The notes beneath the pieces are model-generated. The model ran no database searches, had not been told where the DNA came from, and saw nothing but the letters and a program-made list of their open reading frames with translations. The translations under genes were made by a program, and so were the position numbers. A stretch of DNA of 5,560 nucleotides. Source: Chlorokybus atmophyticus (Eukaryota; Plantae; Mesostigma and Chlorokybus algae). The DNA lies in contig RHPI01003053.1 in assembly GCA_009103225.1 (NCBI GenBank), positions 27,255 to 32,814 of the forward strand. Reading direction: 5' to 3'. Positions 1 through 5,560 of the stretch are shown here, one piece after another (position 1 is the first letter of the stretch; each line of letters opens with the position of its first letter).

Positions 1-258
1 GGCTTCTCAAAGTCACAACTCCGAAACAGCTGTGCGAGATACCATAGTGACCCAAATATGCTGTCAGCTCCGTATCTGACTGTAGATACGCCTCGAACAC
101 ACCTCCCTCACGTCCATGAGGACCCAAACATGAGTTCCCAATGAAAACCCAACACATAAACCCTGTAAAATGGCTATGAGAGCCAAAATCCCAAGGTCCA
201 TCCATGTCGCCAGCCCCGAGGGCATCATGCACATGACACTACATGCTCGCGCATGACA
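1..258. repeat. Direct repeat copy 1 (left end cut by the window edge)
   Basis: Matches 934-1191 at offset 933 with 2 mismatches (pos 2 G/A, pos 88 A/G). Identity stops after ...GCGCATGACA (258/1191). Confidence 0.95.
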
Positions 259-933
259 GCTGTCGTGCCTTCCCGCATCGTGACTCGAACTCATCGTAAA
301 CCTCCTTGCCATGCATGTACGCATGCTATTATACACCATGAGACCATGTCATGCTGCCTCATGCACCATCTCTCATCACATGAAGTTGACACACGCATGA
401 AAGATGCGTGTCCCCTTGCAAAAGGTAGGCAAGTAGACCACAACTTGACTTGCAATCAGCCGTTCACTTGTGTAAAGCAGTCCCAACTCAATCCTCACTC
501 AAAGTACATGCTAAGGCAGCCCATACGGTGCATCAAAGTCGCAACAGTGACACACACCCCTTCATGCACAGCAACGCACAGCAACGAACACGTGCACACA
601 CGCCATACATGCAAGCATGTGCACACGCATCCGCTCAGCCAAGAACCTCTTCCTAAAGGTGTTGCTTGCACTCCAGTAGGCCAACTTGCATCCAACCAAA
701 CTAGGAAGCAGGCTAGCAAAGCCTTATATACCACCGTTGAGCTCAAGCCCAACCAACTCTCCAACTACCCTAACTGTCAATCTGCACCAGCATAGTAACA
801 GTCATGGTGGCGTTGATAAGTAACGGTAAACAGTTAGGAAAGGCTTATCCAAGCTCATCCTCTTCAAGTACACTTCAAGACGCATCTTTTGACGCCAACC
901 CATGGCCAAACCGCCACTCCAATTGTAAGTTAC

Positions 934-1191
934 GACTTCTCAAAGTCACAACTCCGAAACAGCTGTGCGAGATACCATAGTGACCCAAATATGCTGTCAG
1001 CTCCGTATCTGACTGTAGATGCGCCTCGAACACACCTCCCTCACGTCCATGAGGACCCAAACATGAGTTCCCAATGAAAACCCAACACATAAACCCTGTA
1101 AAATGGCTATGAGAGCCAAAATCCCAAGGTCCATCCATGTCGCCAGCCCCGAGGGCATCATGCACATGACACTACATGCTCGCGCATGACA
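934..1191. repeat. Direct repeat copy 2; possibly an LTR-like unit 924-1191 (TGT...ACA)
   Basis: 256/258 identical to 1-258. Extending to 924 gives TGTAAG...CATGACA ends, but the equivalent bases of copy 1 are outside the window. Confidence 0.9.
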
Positions 1192-1740
1192 CTTATCAAC
1201 ACCAGCATTTCTATCCTTCTAAAAGTCCAAGGTTTATGTAACAACAACGCTAGTACATGCACTTTTAACCATGGCACAACATATCAAAGAAAAACGACTA
1301 GATTGAACGTGCCACAGCATGCCATAACCGCAGCACATAACACAAACACACTATCACATGGCTCACAGCGTGTTTGTGCAGACATATTGCTAACCATGCC
1401 TATAACAAGTTCGGCTGCGCAGCTGCGGCGAGCATGGCGTTTTCTTCCATCGTCACTGTGAGCATCGGCTTGGGGCCCCGTTCAGGCACAGCCGCCATCG
1501 CCGCGGCGCCGTGCTTGCGAGAATCGCCAGTCCTTGCGCTCGCTGGAGCGCGTACGACAGATCCTATCGGTGGTCAAATCTCCTGGTAGACAGCGACGTG
1601 GCAGTCCCTGCACGTCGAGCAATATAACCGTGCCATTCAATCGACCACGCCTTACACATCACTTATCGCACAATACAATCTACCCCCTTTAAGAGCATAC
1701 TGTTTATCCTCCGCTATCGTATGCTCTTGGCGGGGTAATT

Positions 1741-1783
1741 CTCTTGACGTCCAAGAGCATATTATGCTCTTGGGTGTCAAGAG
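1741..1783. repeat. Palindrome inside the MITE (20-bp stem, 3-nt loop)
   Basis: CTCTTGACGTCCAAGAGCAT-ATT-ATGCTCTTGGGTGTCAAGAG: 18 Watson-Crick pairs plus 2 G-T pairs. Confidence 0.85.
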
Positions 1784-1808
1784 CATAATATGCTTTAAGC
1801 GCGGTTTT

Positions 1809-1953
1809 CATCACGCCCATCACGCCCATTGCGTCAAGCGCATAATGTCATGCCCGTCGCGCCATCACGCTCGTTATGTTAGTTGCGCGTCACACCTCAA
1901 CCATCACGCCATATTCATCACGCGCGTCACGCGTTATGCCACACCCGTCACGC
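1809..1953. repeat. Degenerate array of (A/G)TCACGC motifs inside the MITE
   Basis: Exact TCACGC at 1811, 1820, 1865, 1904, 1918, 1927 and 1948, plus variants (GTCAAGC, GTCATGC, GTCGCGC, GTCACAC). Confidence 0.8.
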
Positions 1954-2487
1954 ACTACTCCCCCGACCTTGGCATATCGCTCACTAAAACTTGCGAGAAT
2001 TACATGACATAAAAATATGCTCTTCGCGGTTAAGCATATTTCCTTAGGCACCAACATTTGCCTGTAAAATGTTTGGTAATCTTGTATTCTATGCTATTAG
2101 CGGGCTTATTCCCTTGAAACGAAGTCTCTTAGCGGGGGTAGATTGTAGCCGCCCATTTTTGCTTGATACAACCCCTTTTGCGAGCCGATTGTCAATGGCT
2201 TGAGTCTATAGAGTGGTAGCGATGTGCTCGCAAGCAGCATAACTACGCCCCTCTCAACACATAGTATGAGAACTTTGAGCGTTGGGTACAGGCACGTACA
2301 ACAGAATATATCATTTGCATAATTGTTGATTCACCAAGCATGTTCATGAGAGAACAGAACATAATATATCACCAACAGCTTGCATGTTGCTTCTGCGACC
2401 CCTTCTTGCGTGCACCTTCAGCATGCGATTGACACTTTTTGCAGTTTCAAGTTGACGGCATCAAGTGTTGAAACTCCTCCTTTTCAG

Positions 2488-3324
2488 ACTGGCTTCTTCT
2501 TCACGACAAACAATGGCTCTCTCCCCATGCAATCGCAACTGCCGCTGTGCTGGACGTGACACAGCGAAGTTGAGCAGGTAAAGCTGGGTGTGTATGTTTA
2601 TGGGTGTGTCACTTGGTGTGGTGCATTGCAGCCAACGCTGACTGTTGATTGTGTGTGTTGTTGGAGTCAGATTATAGCGGACATTGTGACAGCGCATGGG
2701 AGGCTTGACGAAGCCTTCAATAACTGTTGGGTTCTCCATCCTTGTGCGCTTACTCGGTCTGGTTCACATGGCTCTGGACTCTGTATCACTCATTCTCATC
2801 AATGTGTCCAAGCGTAGGCAGAGCTGCGACGGATGCTCGCGCAAGGTCATGGCTCGGTGGTGAACAGCACAAGCATCTCTGGCCATGTGTACACGCCGCT
2901 CAGCAGCAGCTACTGCGCCAGCAAGGCCGCTCCTAACAGCTTTACTATCTCTGCAGCCGTCGAGGTCAGCCACAAGTTGACCAACAAGCCATGAACACGC
3001 ACGCAGGCACGCATGTCAGCGTCATGTGCAACATGTTGTTGTGAAGGTTGCGCAAAGAGGCGTGCGCGTGAGACGTGATCGCGCCTGGTTTCACTCTCCC
3101 GTCAAAGATAATCTCGGCAATGGTGAACGGCCCTTCCTAGTCGCTGGACTTTGTTCTCAAACTCGTTCTGAGCAGGAAGGTTGGCGGACAGTGAACAGCC
3201 TGTCATCAAAGAGCATTGCAACCAGCTGCTGTGGTTGCAATGCTCTTTGATGACAGGCTGTTCAAGTCTGTCACAGGTCATCAGCATTGACGGGGGTGCT
3301 GGTATCAACCACTACAGTCTGTGA
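2488..3324 (+). pseudogene. Spliced short-chain dehydrogenase/reductase (classical SDR) pseudogene, apparently 5'-truncated
   Basis: Exon ~2488-2577: AAVLDVTQ/EVEQ with a frameshift at ~2565, donor GTAAAG. Exon 2671-2964: IIADIVTAHGRLDEAFNN...*(TAG 2815-2817)AELRRMLAQGHGSVVNSTSISGHVYTPLSSSYCASKAAPNSFTISAAVE, with catalytic YxxxK at 2911-2925 and donor GTCAGC. Exon 3047-3324 (acceptor AAG): VAQRGVRV/(extra G at 3072)NVIAPGFT..., TAG 3138-3140, TGA 3192-3194, ...FKSVTG/(frameshift at 3279)ISIDGGAGINHYSL*. No TGxxxGxG cofactor motif found upstream. Confidence 0.88.
3192..3264. repeat. Perfect 33-bp inverted repeat with 7-nt loop (hairpin) in the last SDR exon
   Basis: TGAACAGCCTGTCATCAAAGAGCATTGCAACCA (3192-3224), loop GCTGCTG, then the exact reverse complement at 3232-3264. 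Extends by 5 bp (GACAG 3187-3191 / CTGTC 3268-3272) past a 3-nt bulge. Confidence 0.95.
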
Positions 3325-3399
3325 CATGAGCCATGTTGATGTAGTATATTGGCGATTTGTCTCCTGTGTTCAGTAAATCTAATATATGCGACAAATGTT

Positions 3400-3404
3400 T
3401 GTAA
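3400..3404 (+). terminator. Candidate chlorophyte-type poly(A) signal TGTAA of the SDR locus
   Basis: TGTAA(C) about 75 nt after the SDR stop; a second TGTAA at 3566-3570. TGTAA is the known poly(A) signal in Chlamydomonas and relatives. A 5-mer can occur by chance. Confidence 0.35.
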
Positions 3405-3672
3405 CGAAATGCTGGGCTGTACCTGGCCCATGACATGTTGGTGGCCTGGCTTGTCGACGCCTCCATAACAAGTCGTAACTTCGACTCAAGAGGACGTGCT
3501 TCTGTGCAAGTACATTGAAGCACTGCTTGCAGGCACTGAGTGTTCCAAAGTGCGACAAACCGAGTTGTAAAAGCTTGACCAACATCACCTCGAAAGGCCC
3601 GTATGCATGGACCACATGCTTATCTGCTGGTTCCTGGCGGATGATGCAAGAGAATGCGGGGCATGGTCTGCT

Positions 3673-3702
3673 TGCAACAAGCCATGCAACAAGCCATGCA
3701 AC
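3673..3702. repeat. Short tandem repeat, 12-nt unit x2.5
   Basis: TGCAACAAGCCA TGCAACAAGCCA TGCAAC. Confidence 0.8.
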
Positions 3703-3936
3703 CTGTGCACGACAAGCCTCATACCACTGCATGTGTCTCCAAGATTGCTGCACAACGTATTGCGCAGCTTTTATTGCTCACAACGAGATGGCCTAGTGAG
3801 CTACAGGATCCATAGCTCAAGGTCTCCAACACTATCTGTTGGAGAAGGATTATCACTCAGTGCTTCTAGACATTTGCCTACTCAAGTCCGAAACAACAGT
3901 TACGGAAAGCCAATCGCTTGCGGTTGGTGTCTTCGC

Positions 3937-4078
3937 TCAAGTGAGAGTGATGCGGCACGAGGAGGCAGCGTTCTTGTTGTCGCCATGGAACCAGTCCCAG
4001 TTCTGCTGAATGAGGAAGCGCTTGCCTTTGATGTGCGTGTTGTAACGCTTGCCAGCATGGAAGTGCTGCTTGCCATAC
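3937..4078 (-). CDS. PHI-1/EXO-like terminal exon (YGKQ...LIQQNW...RITLT*)
   Basis: Acceptor TTGCAG, stop TGA at 3939-3937; intron 4079-4158 is 80 nt. Confidence 0.93.
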
Positions 4079-5555
4079 CTGCAACCCAATATCAAGTGTT
4101 GGTGGTTGAGACGAATTTTGCTGCGGCCAAGTGATGACATGCATTGGGGGACACTTACGTCCAAGCGCACTTGTCGGCATTCTCGTTGCCCTTCTGATCA
4201 TGCCATGCGTTGAGTCTCGGGTCCGAGTGGGCCTCCATCAGCTGTGGGGACCGCAATCAGGAGCAAGATTCAACAACAAGATGAAAGCACGTGCGCCGAC
4301 CCATCCCCCTCTTCCCCACCCACCCACCCGAACACACTCCCACACAACAGCCTATGCGTGCGTGCGTGCATGTGTGCCAAGGACACGCCTGATCTCCCTC
4401 ATCGTGTACACGCACAGGTGCGCGTACTCACGCACATACACAGAGACAGACGCGAGCACGCACACGTACCTCATGTGCCAGAACGCTGGCCATCATATCA
4501 CCCGCCCAGTCATTGGGAGCGCTAGACTTCTTGATTGACAGTGGGCCTCCACAGTTTTTGGGGCAGCGCGTAGCGGCGTTGCCGATGAACGCGTACTTCA
4601 TGTTGTGCTTGTCGTACGTGTGCCAACCGCAGAACTTCCTGCAACACAGTGACCCGACGATGAGCTTGTGGTAGACTGTACCTCTCCTTACCCTATCAGA
4701 GTCAAGCTTACGTGCACAAGCCAGATATGGTGACCGTGTTGTCGGTGATGACAAAGTACACGCCATTCGGATCAACCTTTTTGCCAAAGTGTGGACTCAA
4801 CGCAGCGTTGCGGGCGAGGTGTTGCACTTGGCTGGAGGTGATACTGCACACCCCCCAATAAGTTTAAAGAGTTGAGAGTTGTGTCCGAGATGCAAAGCAG
4901 TTGCAGCTCACTCATGTTCAACAAGTTGATGACCACTCACGTGTGCCCAAAATGGTAACCGTTGTAGATCACGCTTCCCTTATACACGACGGGGGAGTGG
5001 CCGAGCTTTTTGTTCGTAGTGTAACGCGACTCGATGTTCTTCCACCACCCGGTGTTACCGATACCCTACTTGCCACATGTGGTGAGAGTGTTGTCTGCAA
5101 CGTCACGTGTGCATGTGCTCAACAGATGCACTTGACTCACCTGTGCAAGAGTCAAGAGCGTTAAACGCGTTTTGCTGTTGGAGTAGCGAAGTCTGTCCCA
5201 TTTGCCATAATAGGCATAGTACACGTGCACGGGCCTGCCCTGGCCCATCACGGGACCGTGAAAGTACTGGATGGGGGAGTTGATACCTGTGCAGGCAGAT
5301 AGCAATTTCAGTAAACATGTCGGGGATCGGCAGAGAACTGGCCTTTGTGCGAGTTCAGCACAAGCATGTGTGCGCGTTTGTGCAAGGATGTACGCGCGCT
5401 GTGTGGCACTCGCATACACGCGCATGCAAACAGACACGTGTGTGCGCAGAGTTGCGTGACTGTGCGGGGCGGTCGTGTACCTGCATAGGCGGATACGGGC
5501 CCCTCTCCACCCGCGTGTGTCTGAGCATCTGGGTCGATTGCACCACTCGGCGCTT
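3937..5555 (-). CDS. PHI-1/EXORDIUM-like (phosphate-induced protein 1, Phi_1 family) protein, spliced, 5'-partial
   Basis: Exons 5555-5481, 5286-5141, 5065-4941, 4843-4712, 4638-4470, 4241-4159 and 4078-3937. All introns are GT-AG with matching phases. Product: APSGAIDPDAQTHAGGEGPVSAYAGINSPIQYFHGPVMGQGRPVHVYYAYYGKWDRLRYSNSKTRLTLLTLAQGIGNTGWWKNIESRYTTNKKLGHSPVVYKGSVIYNGYHFGHTITSSQVQHLARNAALSPHFGKKVDPNGVYFVITDNTVTISGLCTKFCGWHTYDKHNMKYAFIGNAATRCPKNCGGPLSIKKSSAPNDWAGDMMASVLAHELMEAHSDPRLNAWHDQKGNENADKCAWTYGKQHFHAGKRYNTHIKGKRFLIQQNWDWFHGDNKNAASSCRITLT*. Family motifs recognised in order: Y-x-x-GPV, Y-x-x-YG-x-W, WW, DPNGVY, C-x-x-x-CG-x-H, Y-A-x-x-GN-x-x-x-x-CP-x-x-C, PN...M-x-S-x-x-AHE-x-x-E-x-x-x-DP, E-x-AD-x-C, LIQQNW. 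Confidence 0.92.
4159..4241 (-). CDS. PHI-1/EXO-like exon (LMEAHSDP...ENADKCAW)
   Basis: Acceptor CCCACAG, donor AC|GTAAGT; intron 4242-4469 is 228 nt. Confidence 0.93.
4300..4329 (-). other. Intronic G-quadruplex-forming motif
   Basis: Minus (sense) strand reads GGGtGGGtGGGtGGGGaagaGGGGGatGGG: six G-tracts, the first four separated by 1-nt loops. Confidence 0.6.
4470..4638 (-). CDS. PHI-1/EXO-like exon (KFCGWHTY...SVLAHE)
   Basis: Acceptor TTGCAG, donor GAG|GTACGT; intron 4639-4711 is 73 nt. Confidence 0.93.
4712..4843 (-). CDS. PHI-1/EXO-like exon (ITSSQV...VDPNGVYFVITD...GLC)
   Basis: Acceptor GTGCAG, donor AC|GTAAGC; intron 4844-4940 is 97 nt. Confidence 0.92.
4941..5065 (-). CDS. PHI-1/EXO-like exon (GIGNTGWW...YHFGH)
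   Basis: Acceptor TAG (5068-5066) with a CTCAC branch-like motif upstream; donor AC|GTGAGT; intron 5066-5140 is 75 nt. Confidence 0.88.
5141..5286 (-). CDS. PHI-1/EXO-like exon (INSPIQYFHGPV...LTLAQ)
   Basis: Acceptor CTGCACAG, donor CAG|GTGAGT; intron 5287-5480 is 194 nt. Confidence 0.9.
5481..5555 (-). CDS. PHI-1/EXO-like exon (first visible; upstream boundary uncertain)
   Basis: TGCAG at 5560-5556 is a possible acceptor, or the exon continues past the window. Donor CAG|GTACAC in phase 1 joins to the next exon as G-I-N-S-P. Confidence 0.65.
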
Positions 5556-5560
5556 CTGCA

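Larger units (their letters stand above)
1674..2147. mobile_element. Non-autonomous DNA transposon (MITE), Tc1/mariner-like, with TA target-site duplication
   Basis: Left end TACAATCTACCCCCTTTAAGAG (1674-1695). The reverse complement of the right end (2126-2147) is TACAATCTACCCCCGCTAAGAG: 20/22 identical including the flanking TA. Flanks outside the TA are unrelated. No transposase ORF inside, and the interior is rich in repeated motifs. Confidence 0.8.

Noticed and set aside
158-165. TAAACCCT resembling a plant telomere repeat or telo-box
   Set aside because: Single imperfect copy per repeat unit; no array.
253-795. 180-aa ORF, the longest in the track
   Set aside because: No recognisable motif; the H/T/C-rich composition reflects CA/TG-rich non-coding sequence.
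812-1200. 10-bp inverted match GTTGATAAGT (812-821) / ACTTATCAAC (1191-1200) as TIRs
   Set aside because: Too short, no target-site duplication seen, and compatible with chance.
1764-2012. 82-aa His-rich ORF as a transposon protein
   Set aside because: The HHA repeats are just the translation of the TCACGC array; no transposase motif.
1691-2041. CRISPR-like array suggested by the recurring palindromic AAGAGCATA motif
   Set aside because: Repeats are only 9 nt, occur in mixed orientation with irregular spacing, there are no cas genes, and the context is eukaryotic; a transposon subterminal structure explains them.
2815-3140. In-frame TAG codons in the SDR as a sign of TAR=Gln genetic code reassignment (known in some ulvophytes)
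   Set aside because: The intact PHI-1 frame uses CAG/CAA for all 10 Gln and has no internal TAR. The SDR also has frameshifts and a TGA, so pseudogenisation is enough to explain the stops.
3607-4134. 175-aa plus-strand ORF, and other plus-strand ORFs at 4131-4538, 4244-4525, 4901-5164 and 5271-5459
   Set aside because: They are antisense shadows of PHI-1 exons, introns and 3' UTR, with no independent evidence.
5066-5097. Consensus-looking TTGCAG acceptor at 5097-5095 as the true or an alternative splice site
   Set aside because: It would leave a 46-nt intron (others are 73-228 nt) and shift the frame. The TAG at 5068-5066 keeps the frame and has a CTCAC branch-like motif upstream.

Overview
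Eukaryotic nuclear DNA, probably from a green alga: short GT-AG introns with (T)GCAG acceptors, and a TGTAA poly(A)-type motif. The ORF track is misleading because the real genes are spliced. (1) A minus-strand PHI-1/EXORDIUM-like gene (Phi_1 family) can be rebuilt from 7 exons in 3937-5555. It reads open for 289 codons to a TGA stop, and its 5' end lies outside the window. (2) Converging on it is a plus-strand short-chain dehydrogenase/reductase (SDR) pseudogene (~2488-3324) with stops and frameshifts. Its last exon contains a perfect 33-bp inverted repeat, a pre-miRNA/hpRNA-like hairpin. (3) A ~470-bp TA-flanked MITE-like element (1676-2145) has terminal inverted repeats, a palindromic AAGAGCATA motif cluster and an internal TCACGC array. 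(4) A near-identical direct repeat of at least 258 bp (1-258 and 934-1191) is either an LTR-like/TRIM structure or a tandem duplication. All calls come from manual reading and motif recognition; no database searches were run.
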